A stretch of DNA of 64,000 bases from Myxococcales bacterium (GCA_050942745.1 JBMNNX010000002.1:11896-75895), one strand, 5' to 3'. Numbered from the stretch's first letter, positions 29,602 to 39,267 are shown. Numbers and translations: made by a program. The notes: generated by a model not told the origin, from the sequence alone.

Positions 29602-30165
29602 GTGCGCATCGCGCTGCTCGGAGGCTCGTTCAACCCGCCGCACGTCGGCCACCTGATGAACGCCTACTACGTCCTCGCGACCCGCGAGGTCGATCGCGTC
29701 TGGCTGATGCCCGTCTTCCAGCACCCGTTCGCGAAGGTGCTGGCGCCCTTCGACGACAGGGTGCGCATGTGCGAGCGGGCGGCGGCGCGCTTTGCGGGCG
29801 GGGTAGAGGTGACGCGGATCGAGGAGCTGGCGCCGGCCGGCTCCAAGACGGTGGACGTCCTCGAGCTGCTCATGGCGCGCTACCCCGAACACCGCTTCAG
29901 CCTGGTCATCGGCAGCGACATCTTGCCGGAGCGGTCGAAGTGGAAGGACTTCGATCGCATCGAGCGGATGGTCGAGGTCATCGTTGTCCCGCGCGCCGGG
30001 TATCCCTCGCCGCTCGCCCAAGGCCCGGCGCTGCCGGAGGTGAGCTCGACCGAGGTCCGCGAGCGGCTCGCCCGGGGCGAGGATGTCTCGGCTCACGTGC
30101 CCCGCGAGGTGTTGAGCTACATCCGCGAGCGCGGCCTCTACCAAAGCCCGCGGTCAGCTCGCTGA
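29602..30165 (+). CDS. nadD: Nicotinate-nucleotide adenylyltransferase
   Basis: ORF 29590..30165. I prefer GTG 29602, which has GAGG 6 nt upstream, giving (M)RIALLGGSFNPPHVGH, the (T/H)xGH nucleotidyltransferase motif. The ISST-type motif appears as VSSTEVRE. The alternative start at 29590 adds 4 aa. Confidence 0.9.
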   Translation: MRIALLGGSFNPPHVGHLMNAYYVLATREVDRVWLMPVFQHPFAKVLAPFDDRVRMCERAAARFAGGVEVTRIEELAPAGSKTVDVLELLMARYPEHRFSLVIGSDILPERSKWKDFDRIERMVEVIVVPRAGYPSPLAQGPALPEVSSTEVRERLARGEDVSAHVPREVLSYIRERGLYQSPRSAR

Positions 30166-30243
30166 GGGGCCGACAGCGACGCAGGCGCGCCGCTGCTGGC
30201 CCTCTGCCCGCGAGGCCGCGGCGAGGTCTCGGCTCGGCGAGAG

Positions 30244-32667
30244 TCAGGCCGCGGCCCTGTCCGACATGAGCTGGACGAGCAGGTCGGAGTGGTACGAGTC
30301 CGCGCTCATCGCGTAGATGTTCGCCAGGCGAGGCGCCGCGCCCAGGCGCCGCTTCTCTCCTTTTGCCCCGATGCCGAGATGGAGCTTCTTCGCGCCGTGC
30401 GCGTGCGCGCGCCGCACCACCTGCAGCAGGAGCTGCCGATACGCGCCGTGCTCGGGCACGAAGCGGTAGTCGATTCCGGCCATCAGCCCGACGTAATGCT
30501 CCCGGCTGGTGTTGTTGACCGCCATCGCGACCGGGCGACCCTCCGGATCACCGCCGCTCGACGGCTTGAGCCGCAGCAGCATCAGCTCCCAGCCCGGGAC
30601 GGCCAGGACGTGTCGGAGGAACTGGCTTGGCATCTCGAAGGTGTTGATGGCGATGGCCTTCGCCTTGACGTTCCGGTAGAGCCAGAACAAGTGCTCCAGC
30701 TCGGCGTTGCTCGGCTCTCTGCCGCCGTGCCGAAGGATCTCCACCTCGTAGCTGCCCGACCGCTCGATCGCTTCGTGCACGAGGCTGCGCGCTTTTCGCG
30801 AGAGGCCCGCGAGCCATTCGGCCTCATCCTTCCAGCCGAGGTCGAGCACGTAGCTCTCGGGCAGGGCGAAGCGAAGAAACCCCTGCTCGGTGAGGAAGCC
30901 GTCCATCTCGACGTCCTCTGACTCGAAGTCGCGCAGCACCAAGTTGGTCGCACGGCAGCGGACTTGCTCGGCGCCAACCGCTTCGAGCAGCAGCAACATC
31001 GCCTTGCGCCAGTCGGCGCTGCGGTCGAGGTACAGGTGGTTGCCCTCGGTCAGCAGCGTGCCCATGGCGAGCGTCCGAGAGGTCAGGTACATCGGGTTGT
31101 CGCGCCGGCGCTCCTCGACTCGAACCGAGACCGCGGTCGGCGAGAGCATGTCGTCCTTCCAGATGGCGTCGGTGAAGAAGGTGGCGAGCACCGGCTTGCC
31201 GCTGCGGTCGCGGACGACGAAGTAATGGAAGCGCCAGTTGTCGTGCGCCTGCGGGTTGCCCCGGAAGGTGGCCTCGAGCGGCAGGAGCGCGTCGTAGCTG
31301 GACGAGACCTCGCGCCCGAGCAGCCGGTTCCATTCCTCGCGGTCGAACCGGGTAACCGACTCCTCGTGCTGCAGGCTCAGCCCCGTCGCCGCGCGCGACG
31401 CGCCGGCCCAGACGTTGCCGCTCCTCAGCCCGCGGCGGGCCCGATCCAGCGAAAAGCCGTCGGCCTCGATGACCTCCGGGAAGACTCGCTGCAGAGTCGA
31501 GACGAGCGCGCGCACGTCGTCGAGCGTCTGATGCGGGGTGAGGGTCATGCGGATGCCGGCTCGGCCTTTGGGCACAGCGGGGAAGACCGCCGGGTTGGTA
31601 TAGAACCCCTCTTCCTTCAGCCGCGCGACCACGCTATAGGCGACCCGCGGGACGCCGACGGCCACGCAGCGGATGGGCGTCTCCGCCCTCGAGATCAGCG
31701 GCAGGCCGGTCTGTCCGATGAGCTCGTTGAAGAGGCGCACGCGCTCGAGCAGCGCCGCGGTGCGCTCCTCGATCTCGTCGCTCAGGTGGATGCGCGCCGA
31801 GGCGATGGCGGCGCCGAGCATCGGCGGCCAGATGGGCCCGGAGAAGAGCAGCGTCGGCCCCACGTTCCTCATGCGACGGCGCAGCTCCGGGTCGGAGACC
31901 AGGATGGCGGCCCCGGCCGCGGCGAACGCCTTGCACAGCGACGCGGTCACCACCATGCGCGGGTGCAGCGGGCCGCGGCTGAGCGGCCAGCCCCGGCCGT
32001 GCTTGCCTATCCAGCTCGTGCCGTGGGCGTCGTCCACGTAGGCGTGGAACTGCTCGTACTTATCGAGCAGGCCGACGAGCCCGTCGATCGGCGCGAGGTC
32101 GCCGGCCATGCTGTAGACGCCGTCGGCCAGGTACCAGACCCTCCGATGCTTGATCCGCAGCTCCTCGATCCGCTCGGCGAGAAGATCGAGCCGGTTGTGG
32201 CGCACCACCTCTACCGTCGTGCCCAGGACCCGCACGTGGTTGACGGCCATCTGCACGCTGTTGTGGACGTGCTGATCGAGCAGGACCGCGTCCTTCTCGT
32301 CGATGAGGACCGGCAGGGTCGCCGCGTGGGCGAGCGTCATCGTCTGCGTGGTCAGCACCGGGAGGCCGAAGAGCTGCTCGAGCAGGCCCTCGAACTCCTG
32401 GTACAGCGGGATGGAGAGGTAGGGACGGGACGAGGCGAACTGCGAGCCGTAGCGGGCCGCGGCCCGCGCCATCCCCTCGCACAGCCGCGGATCGAGCTCG
32501 AGCCCCACATAGCTGCAGGAGCCGAAGTGCAGCAGCCTGCGCCCGTCCAGCGAGATGGTCCGCCCGTCAATCGGCCCGTCGTCGATGGTGCGAAAGACCA
32601 CCCCTCGATTGCACCCGTCGCTGACTACTGCGTCGACAACGTCAAGATAGTCCGATGCCCTCCTCAT
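30244..32667 (-). CDS. Alpha-oxoamine synthase (PLP, BioF/SPT/CqsA family) fused to C-terminal FemAB/BioF2-like GNAT acyltransferase domain
   Basis: ORF 30244..32694. Start moved to ATG 32667 (MRRASDYL), which has AAGGAGAG 5-6 nt upstream.
- N-terminal ~400 aa: FGSCSYVGL, DQHVHNSVQ, YVDDAHGTS and the PLP-lysine context VVTASLCKAFAAAGA.
- C-terminal ~380 aa: FDREEWNRLL...FHYFVVRD..GKPVLATFF...LSRKARSLVHEAIERSG...AMAVNNTSREHYVGLMAGIDY..., a duplicated-GNAT (Acetyltransf_6/FemAB-like) pattern. Confidence 0.8.
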   Translation of the reverse strand: MRRASDYLDVVDAVVSDGCNRGVVFRTIDDGPIDGRTISLDGRRLLHFGSCSYVGLELDPRLCEGMARAAARYGSQFASSRPYLSIPLYQEFEGLLEQLFGLPVLTTQTMTLAHAATLPVLIDEKDAVLLDQHVHNSVQMAVNHVRVLGTTVEVVRHNRLDLLAERIEELRIKHRRVWYLADGVYSMAGDLAPIDGLVGLLDKYEQFHAYVDDAHGTSWIGKHGRGWPLSRGPLHPRMVVTASLCKAFAAAGAAILVSDPELRRRMRNVGPTLLFSGPIWPPMLGAAIASARIHLSDEIEERTAALLERVRLFNELIGQTGLPLISRAETPIRCVAVGVPRVAYSVVARLKEEGFYTNPAVFPAVPKGRAGIRMTLTPHQTLDDVRALVSTLQRVFPEVIEADGFSLDRARRGLRSGNVWAGASRAATGLSLQHEESVTRFDREEWNRLLGREVSSSYDALLPLEATFRGNPQAHDNWRFHYFVVRDRSGKPVLATFFTDAIWKDDMLSPTAVSVRVEERRRDNPMYLTSRTLAMGTLLTEGNHLYLDRSADWRKAMLLLLEAVGAEQVRCRATNLVLRDFESEDVEMDGFLTEQGFLRFALPESYVLDLGWKDEAEWLAGLSRKARSLVHEAIERSGSYEVEILRHGGREPSNAELEHLFWLYRNVKAKAIAINTFEMPSQFLRHVLAVPGWELMLLRLKPSSGGDPEGRPVAMAVNNTSREHYVGLMAGIDYRFVPEHGAYRQLLLQVVRRAHAHGAKKLHLGIGAKGEKRRLGAAPRLANIYAMSADSYHSDLLVQLMSDRAAA

Positions 32668-35134
32668 GGTCTCTCCTTTTGCTGTCCCCTCCAACCAGTT
32701 CGGAAACCATGCGGAGGAGCTCCTCCGGCTCGAATGGCTTGTTGATGAAGCTGCAGCCCTTGCTGCGGGCGTGCTGCGTCATCGGGTCATCGTTGAGCCC
32801 GGACATGAACAGTGCCTTCATGCCCGGGTAGACCCCCCGGAGTAGCTCCGCGAGCGTGGGGCCGCTCATCCCCGGCATCGACACATCGGTGAGCAGCAGA
32901 TCGATCGCCCCAGAGTGGCGCTGGCTCAACTCGAGCGCTTCTGCCGGGCTCTTCGCCCCCAGCGTGCGGAAATCGTGTCCTTCCAAAATTCGGCGTACGG
33001 CCTGGCCGAGCAGCGGCTCGTCATCGACCACCAGCACCGTGATCGGAGCGCCCTGAGCCGGGCGAGGCAGCTCGGTCGGCTTCGGAGTCGCCTCGATCGT
33101 GCTCGCCGGGAACAGCAGGTGGAACGTCGTGCCACGCCCCAGCTCGCTTTCGAGCCGAATCGACCCGCCTGCCTCGCGCACGAAGGTGTCGACGACCGAC
33201 AGGCCGATCCCCGTGCCCTTGCCGATGGGCTTGGTCGTGAAGAACGGCTCGAAGACCTTCGCCCGGGTCTCCGGGCTCATGCCGCACCCTTCGTCGGAAA
33301 CGATGAGCTCGAAGTGCTTGCCGGCGGTGGGCGACTGGTTCCAGCCCTCCTCGTCGCCGTTGAGGGTGACGGCTCGCGTCTGAAGCGTGATCGTCCCTCC
33401 GTCGGGCATGGCGTCGCGGCCGTTGAGCACCAGGTTCATCAGCGCCTGCTCGAGCTGCTCGGGATCGACCCGGATCTTATCGACCGCGGGGTCGAGGTCG
33501 GCGCGCAGCGCGATCGTCTCGGGAACGACTCGGCGCACCACGCTGACGAGCTGAGAGACGAAGCCGTTCAGCTCGATCGTCTGCGGCACCTTCACGTCCT
33601 GGCGGCAGAACGCGAGCAGTTGCCGGATCAGGCGGTCGGCCCGGCCGGTGGCCCGCCCGATGGCCTCGACACTCTTGGCGATGAGCGGGTCCTCGGCGCG
33701 CTTCTTCAGCAGGTGGTTGTAGGAGACGATGATCGCCAGCAGGTTGCCAAACTCGTGGGCGATGCTGCCGGAGAGCCGGCCTATCTCCTCCATCTTGCGG
33801 GCCTCGTGGACCTGCTTCTGGAGGGCGATCTCGCGGCTGACGTCGTGGATGCGAAGGACGAACAGATCGACCGCGCCGGAGGCATCGTAGGTAGGCGACA
33901 GGACGAGGTCCTCGACGATCTCGTGCTGCCCGTCCTCGCGGTGCGCGATTCGACCGTACCAGCCGTCTTTGCGCGCGATCGCTTCAGCCAGCCCGTCGGT
34001 CGCCCCGCCGAGATCGATCTCCTGGAGCGGACGGCCGAGCAGGCTTGCCGCGGTCATCCCCCGGCTGCGCTCGAAGGCAGGGTTGACGTATTCGATGCGG
34101 CCCTCGCCGTTGGCGATGACGACGCCTTCGACCGACTGCCGGACCGCGACGGCCAGGCGCGTGCGCTCCTCTTCGAGCAGCCGCCGATCGCTCAGATCGT
34201 TGACGAGGATGGCGAAGCCCCGAAGGGACTGCTTGTGGTCGAGGACCGGCGAGATGATCACCCGCGCCCAGAACCGGGAGCTGTCCTTGCGGCAAAACCA
34301 GCCCTCCCGCTCGACGCAGCCGGTGGGAGTGCCGGTCGCCAATTTCGGGGTCTGAAGGAGCTGCTGGTCGCGCCCGAGGTTCGAGAAGGGCTTGCCGACG
34401 ACGTCCTTCTCGTCGAACCCGTGCAGCCGCTTGGCGCCGCTGTTCCAACTCACGATCTCGCCGCGGGGGTTGGCGAAGAAGAACGAGTGGTTGGCATTGC
34501 TCTCCACCAGCAGGTGGAGCTCTTCGGCGCTGCGCTCTAGCACGAAGACGAGCATCGCCATTCCGATGAGCAGATGGAGCACCGTGTCGAGCCAGTAGCC
34601 CAGCCAGCCGCTGCCCTGCGGAGCGAGAACCGGGTAGGCGATGGCCCATAGCCCTTTGAGCACCATCAGCAGGCCGAGGACTTGGGGCAGCGACCGGTTT
34701 CGCGAGAGCGGCTTGCGGAAGAAGACTCCCCCGAGCCAGATGAAGGCAACGGCGATGACGACGGCCGGCGGCGTGAGCGCGACCTCGATGCGATGGGCCA
34801 ACCGCAGGCCGAGCGACAGGGCGAAGAGCAGGGCGGGGAGCGCTATCAGCCAGGCGCCCGGTCTGCGCTCGCCAATCTCGTGCCCCGCGCGAATGAAGAA
34901 GTAGGGGATGAGGGAGGTAGAGGCGGCCGCCGCCACGAAGATGGGCGGGTAGCACTCCACCACGGTGGTCGCGGTGTCCAGCACGGCCGTAAGCGAAAAG
35001 CACAGATAGGCCCAGGACCAGTTGGCGAAGAAATGGTGGCGGTAGCTGCCACGAAGCCAGAACGAGACCAGGGTCACCACCCCGACGCTGGTCAAGTAGA
35101 AGAAGCGCAGCAAGACTTCGTGGTTCGAATCCAT
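32642..35134 (-). CDS. Hybrid sensor histidine kinase: 7TM sensor - 2 PAS - HisKA - HATPase - receiver
   Basis: ORF 32642..35254; start moved to ATG 35134 (MDSNHEVLL). It has seven hydrophobic helices with short loops in the first ~235 aa. The H-box is SGSIAHEFGNLLAII. The ATPase motifs are NLVLNGRDAM, DEGCGM and GKGTGIGLSVV. The receiver is VLVVDDEP...IDLLLTDVSMPGMSG...KPF. Its stop lies 26 nt inside the downstream AOS::GNAT gene. Confidence 0.9.
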   Translation of the reverse strand: MDSNHEVLLRFFYLTSVGVVTLVSFWLRGSYRHHFFANWSWAYLCFSLTAVLDTATTVVECYPPIFVAAAASTSLIPYFFIRAGHEIGERRPGAWLIALPALLFALSLGLRLAHRIEVALTPPAVVIAVAFIWLGGVFFRKPLSRNRSLPQVLGLLMVLKGLWAIAYPVLAPQGSGWLGYWLDTVLHLLIGMAMLVFVLERSAEELHLLVESNANHSFFFANPRGEIVSWNSGAKRLHGFDEKDVVGKPFSNLGRDQQLLQTPKLATGTPTGCVEREGWFCRKDSSRFWARVIISPVLDHKQSLRGFAILVNDLSDRRLLEEERTRLAVAVRQSVEGVVIANGEGRIEYVNPAFERSRGMTAASLLGRPLQEIDLGGATDGLAEAIARKDGWYGRIAHREDGQHEIVEDLVLSPTYDASGAVDLFVLRIHDVSREIALQKQVHEARKMEEIGRLSGSIAHEFGNLLAIIVSYNHLLKKRAEDPLIAKSVEAIGRATGRADRLIRQLLAFCRQDVKVPQTIELNGFVSQLVSVVRRVVPETIALRADLDPAVDKIRVDPEQLEQALMNLVLNGRDAMPDGGTITLQTRAVTLNGDEEGWNQSPTAGKHFELIVSDEGCGMSPETRAKVFEPFFTTKPIGKGTGIGLSVVDTFVREAGGSIRLESELGRGTTFHLLFPASTIEATPKPTELPRPAQGAPITVLVVDDEPLLGQAVRRILEGHDFRTLGAKSPAEALELSQRHSGAIDLLLTDVSMPGMSGPTLAELLRGVYPGMKALFMSGLNDDPMTQHARSKGCSFINKPFEPEELLRMVSELVGGDSKRRDHEEGIGLS

Positions 35135-35247
35135 TGAGCGCTGGGACCCCGTAATTGGCGACAGGCGCATTCTAATCGATGTTGAACAATCTTTCCTCCT
35201 AAGTTCGCGAACTGACTGTGCTTTTCCAGCGTGCGCGAAAGAATACA

Positions 35248-35273
35248 GGCGCATTGGAATCGGCGAATGCGCC
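35248..35273. repeat. GGCGCATT...AATGCGCC hairpin in AT-richer promoter region upstream of the kinase
   Basis: GGCGCATT-ggaatcggcg-AATGCGCC is an 8-bp inverted repeat. Its stem sequence is related to the GGGCGCAT/ATGCGCCC hairpins at 50843-51020. A second GGCGCATT occurs near 35167. Confidence 0.4.
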
Positions 35274-35686
35274 GCCGCGCGGGTGGCGGAATCCGAAGGT
35301 TGAGGAAAGGTGCTCGCTTGGCGCCTTCCTTCGGTGTAGTCGCAATCAACAAAAGCATAGATAATTGGAGCTCATCGGTGAGAGGCGAGCAGGTCGGCGC
35401 AGTCTTCGCCCGGAAAGTCGGTTTCGTCAGTTGGTTCCGGGCGAAGAGCCGTAGGTCCCGAAGCTGCTGAATTCACGGGTGGTCGTCGTTCAAGTCAGAC
35501 TCGAGAGGCGAATCCGCGAGTCCCCCGACTCCGAGGCTCCCGCTGGTTGCCTCTATGCTCGGGACGACCGGGGGGTGGCCAAGTTGCACTAGGACGGAAC
35601 GTGCTCGGGTGTGCCGAGCAGGCTTGGCCGGCGCCTCGAAACGCATCGGCGCGAGCGGCCTTGGCCACAGTCCCCGGTGCGCTCGG

Positions 35687-36538
35687 TCAGCGGGCGCGGC
35701 GTCCCCCGCCGCGCGCGCCCGACACCGCCGCGGCGATAAGCCGCAGCTGGTCAGGTGAAGCGCGGCCGAGCCTCTGCGAGAGGGCGAGCAGCGCCGCGCC
35801 GAGCGCCCGGTAGAGCTCGAGCGCGCGCGCGTCGCCAGGCGAGGAGAGCGCGCTCAGGTGCGCGCGGACGACCGCGCTGTCGCCGCGGGCGATGGGGCCG
35901 GTGAGCGCGCCGGGAAGCCGATGGGCCTCCAGCCCGCTGAGCGCCGAGCGCATCAGCGGCAGGAGCGCTTCGAGCGCCGCGCGCTCTTCGACGCCGCACT
36001 GGCCAAGCAGGCGCGCGGCCTCGGCGGCGAGCGCGACGAGGCCGTTCGAGGCGAGGACGGCGGCCACGTGGTAGCGCGCGCGGTCCTCGACCGGAAGGTC
36101 GAAGGGCTTCATCCCCGCCGCGCGCGCAAGGCGCGCGAGCGTGCGCGAGGCTTGCCGGTCGCCGCTGACGGCGGCCGACGCGCCGGCCAGCGCGGCCCGC
36201 GGAGACGGGACGGCGCACAGCGGGTGCAGCGAGCCCAAGTGTGCGGCGCGCGCGGGCGCGAGCGCCGACAGGTCGAGGGCACCGGAGCAGTGCGCGACGA
36301 CCTGACCGGCACGAAAGCGCTCGGCGTGCGAGCGGGCGACCTCGGCGATCGCGTCGTCGGGGACGCAGAGGAACACGACCCCGGCGCGCGCGATAGCGGC
36401 CGCGGCCCGCGCTTCGTCGCGAGCGTTCCGCGGCCGCCCGAAGGCGCGGGCGTCGCAGGCGGCGCGCCGCAGCGCGCGCGCGAGCGCGCCGCCGACGCGA
36501 CCGCGGCCGATGATGCAGATCTCGGGTCTGGGGGCCAT
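35687..36538 (-). CDS. Rossmann-fold NAD(P)-binding protein with DUF2520-type C-terminal domain
   Basis: ORF track, 283 aa. ICIIGRGRVGGALARAL is a GxGxxG dinucleotide-binding loop. The C-terminal half RARYHVAAVLASNGLVAL...LTGPIARGD matches the DUF2520 pattern as I recall it. Confidence 0.7.
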   Translation of the reverse strand: MAPRPEICIIGRGRVGGALARALRRAACDARAFGRPRNARDEARAAAAIARAGVVFLCVPDDAIAEVARSHAERFRAGQVVAHCSGALDLSALAPARAAHLGSLHPLCAVPSPRAALAGASAAVSGDRQASRTLARLARAAGMKPFDLPVEDRARYHVAAVLASNGLVALAAEAARLLGQCGVEERAALEALLPLMRSALSGLEAHRLPGALTGPIARGDSAVVRAHLSALSSPGDARALELYRALGAALLALSQRLGRASPDQLRLIAAAVSGARGGGRRAR

Positions 36539-36556
36539 GGGCGGGCAGTCTACGCC

Positions 36557-38221
36557 CTACTCGACGACGGTGAACTCCACGCGGCGGTTCCTCGCGCGGC
36601 CGAGCGGCGTAGTGTTCGGCGCGATGGGGCGCTCCTCGCCAAACCCCTCGGCCTGCAGCCGCCTGGGCTCGATGGCCTTGTCGACGAGGTACTTGACGAC
36701 CGACTGCGCCCTGCGTCGGCTCAGGTCGAGGTTGAACGCCGCGCTGCCGACGTCGTCGGTGTGCCCCTCGATGAGCAGGCGCTTGATCTCCGGGTGCGCG
36801 CGGACCAGCTCGGCGATGGTGTCGAGGACGGGGAACGACTCCTTCTTTATCGTGGCCTTGCCGGTGTCGAAGGTGATGGCGCCCTTGATGACGAGCTTGT
36901 TCTTGTCGAGCGTGGCCAGGGGCTTGCCCGGGCAGCCGTCCTCGCTCGCCGGGCCGGAGATGGTCGGGCACTTGTCGTCGATGTCCGGCACCTCGTCGCC
37001 GTCGCCGTCCGGGCAGCCCTCGTACTCGGGCGGCCCGCCGACCTCGACGCAGCGATCCTTGTCGTCGGGCGTGCCGTCGCCGTCGCGGTCCGGGCAGCCC
37101 TCGAGCTTCTCGAGGCCGGCGGTGTCGGGGCAGCGGTCCTTCTCGTCGGGGACGCCGTCGCGGTCGTTGTCGGGATCCGGGCAGCCATCCGAGTCCTCGA
37201 AGCCGTCGTCGTCCTCGGCCTGGTCCGGGCAGCGGTCGTCCTCGTCGGCGACGCCGTCGCCGTCGCGGTCGTGGAAGATGCGCTCGTAGCGCAGCGCGGC
37301 GAAGAGCCGGAACGACTCGCGGCCGAACCCCGACTCCATGGCGAGCCCGGTGCCGCCGCCGACGAGCGCGTGGAGGTTGCCGTGCACCTGCGCGCGCAGG
37401 CCGAGCAAGAGCCCGAGCGGCGTCTTCAGCGCGTCGGCGTCCGGCCCGTTGAACGGCGCGCGCGCCGGGGTCGCCGCGAGCAGCTCGCCGAAGGCGAACC
37501 AGCGCTCGAAGAGCAGCCTCGGCAGCTCGTACGAGCCGGCCAGCGCGACGGTCAGCTCGTCGCCGACGTAGAGGTTCACGTAGCGCCCGGGCTTCTGCCG
37601 GTAGCGATAGCCCGCCTCGAGCCCGAGCCGCAGCTTGTCGAAGAAGGTGCGCTCGACGACCGCGCGCGGGGCGAGCACCAGCCCGCGCTCACCGAGGAAG
37701 TCCTGGTCGGCCCCGGTCGGCAGGCGCAGCTCGGCGATGAGCGCGAGCGCCAGCGGCGCGCTCGCCTGCGAGAGCAAGCGCACCTTGCCCAGCGCGCGCA
37801 TGTCTCCGAGCCCGTAAGCGGCGGGCCGGGCGGGGGCGAACCCGGTCGCCCGCTCCAGGTCCTCGAAGCCGTCGGCCTGCCAGGCGGTGAAGGGCACATC
37901 CAGGCCGACCTCCGCCCAGTCCGTCAGCGCGTATGAGCCGACGAGGTGGAGATCGAGCCTCGAGCGGATGAGATCGCCGACCTTCTCGTCGCCGAGCTGG
38001 AAGGCCATCAGGCCCGAGGCGAAGTCGAGGGTGAGGTCGAGGTGGTAGGAGCGCGCCGGGGCGAACCGGGCTCCCTCGGTGGTGAAGAGGGCGTCGTGGC
38101 CGACGGCCGGCTTGGCGCCGATGGGGTCGATTCCGCGGGCGAGCGGATCGTCGGCTGCGCGCGCGGGGGCAGCGAGCGCGAGCGCTGCGGCTGTTGCGAG
38201 CAGAGCGGGGTAGAGGCGCAA
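36557..38221 (-). CDS. OmpA-family outer-membrane protein with N-terminal barrel-like region and thrombospondin type-3 repeats
   Basis: ORF track, 554 aa. The signal peptide is MRLYPALLATAAALALAAPARA. TSP3-like DRDGDGVADEDDRCPD, DNDRDGVPDEKDRCPD and DRDGDGTPDDKDRC repeats are present. The C-terminal OmpA_C domain is FDTGKATI...LLIEGHTDDVGS..FNL.LSRRRA..V...L......GFGE..P...N.T..GRA.NRRVEF. Confidence 0.9.
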   Translation of the reverse strand: MRLYPALLATAAALALAAPARAADDPLARGIDPIGAKPAVGHDALFTTEGARFAPARSYHLDLTLDFASGLMAFQLGDEKVGDLIRSRLDLHLVGSYALTDWAEVGLDVPFTAWQADGFEDLERATGFAPARPAAYGLGDMRALGKVRLLSQASAPLALALIAELRLPTGADQDFLGERGLVLAPRAVVERTFFDKLRLGLEAGYRYRQKPGRYVNLYVGDELTVALAGSYELPRLLFERWFAFGELLAATPARAPFNGPDADALKTPLGLLLGLRAQVHGNLHALVGGGTGLAMESGFGRESFRLFAALRYERIFHDRDGDGVADEDDRCPDQAEDDDGFEDSDGCPDPDNDRDGVPDEKDRCPDTAGLEKLEGCPDRDGDGTPDDKDRCVEVGGPPEYEGCPDGDGDEVPDIDDKCPTISGPASEDGCPGKPLATLDKNKLVIKGAITFDTGKATIKKESFPVLDTIAELVRAHPEIKRLLIEGHTDDVGSAAFNLDLSRRRAQSVVKYLVDKAIEPRRLQAEGFGEERPIAPNTTPLGRARNRRVEFTVVE

Positions 38222-38553
38222 GGCGAACCTCGTCTTCTCGGGGCAGAGGGTGTGCCGGCCAGGTCGGAAAAAACAGCGTAGTGGCGAAGCCGAGGACCGT
38301 CAAAAGTGCGAAGGGCGCCCGGGTCTGGCCTCGGAAGACGGCGCGGACGAGCGCCGATCGAACGGGCGAGCGTCGCTCGCGGCGGTCTGTCGCCGGAAGC
38401 TCCGGCAGGCATCGCGCGGGACCCGCGCCGGACGGGAATGCGCGGAGACGGAGGCCGCGGGCGCGCGGTGTAGCAGAAGCGGCGGCGCGGCGAGTCGGCC
38501 GCACGCGTCCGGAGGCCGCGGGCGCGCGGCGCGGCGCCCGGTCGCCCGGCGCC

Positions 38554-39252
38554 TCAGATGCGCGGCGATTCGCCGATGCTCACGTCCTCGAGCCCGTCGA
38601 AGTCGGCGATTCGCAGCCGCCCGTCGCTGGTGCGCTCGATGAGCCCGGCCTCCTCGAGCCGGCGAAGCGAGCGGGAGAGCGTCTCGCTCGTCAGGTTGAG
38701 GTGGCTCGCGAGGTGCTTCTTAAGGCTCGGCAGCTTCACCGAGGCTTCGCGGGTCCCGAGGGTGTTGAGCAGGTAGCGGGCGACGCGGCTGGTCGCGTCG
38801 CGCAAAACGATGTCCTCCATCAGCCCGACGAGCTGGCGCACCCAGGAGGTGAGGCCGCCGATGATCTGCAGGCAGAGCTCGTGGTGCTCCTCGAGCTCGC
38901 GCTTGAACGGCCCGGACGGCAGCAGCACGCAGTCGGTCGGCTCGATGGCCTCGGCGTAGGCAGGGCAGTCGAAGCCGCCGATGGCGGCGACCTCGGCGAA
39001 GGTCTGGCCCGGGCCGGCGAGGTGCAGTACGTGCTCCTTTCCCGAAGGGCCCACTTTATAGATGCGCACCCGCCCGTTGCCGACGATATAGACGCCCGGG
39101 CACGGATCGTCCTGGCGGAAGATGGTCTTGCCCTTGGGGAACTGGTGATAGCTCGCCATCGCGAGCAGGCGGGCGCGGCCCTGGGGGTCGACCTGCGACA
39201 GAAAGCCGCACGCGTTGATGATCTCCGCCATCCGCACCGAGCGCGATGCCAC
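38554..39252 (-). CDS. Crp/Fnr-family transcriptional regulator
   Basis: ORF 38554..39318. I prefer GTG 39252 because AAGGAGGG lies 4-5 nt upstream; ATG 39231 is an alternative. Codons 39253-39318 have weak GC3. The cNMP-binding fold is FPKGKTIFRQDDPCPGVYIVGNGRVRIYK...GPGQTFAE. The HTH is LASHLNLTSETLSRSLRRLEEAGLI. Confidence 0.85.
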   Translation of the reverse strand: MASRSVRMAEIINACGFLSQVDPQGRARLLAMASYHQFPKGKTIFRQDDPCPGVYIVGNGRVRIYKVGPSGKEHVLHLAGPGQTFAEVAAIGGFDCPAYAEAIEPTDCVLLPSGPFKRELEEHHELCLQIIGGLTSWVRQLVGLMEDIVLRDATSRVARYLLNTLGTREASVKLPSLKKHLASHLNLTSETLSRSLRRLEEAGLIERTSDGRLRIADFDGLEDVSIGESPRI

Positions 39253-39267
39253 CAAACCCTCCTTCTC

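Noticed and set aside
35121-35136. GGTTCGAATCC string, identical to a canonical tRNA T-loop/T-arm core.
   Set aside because: The flanks (CGTGG...CCATT) do not pair as a T-stem, and I could not build an acceptor or anticodon arm. The string lies across the start codon region of the histidine kinase (MDSNHEV on the minus strand).
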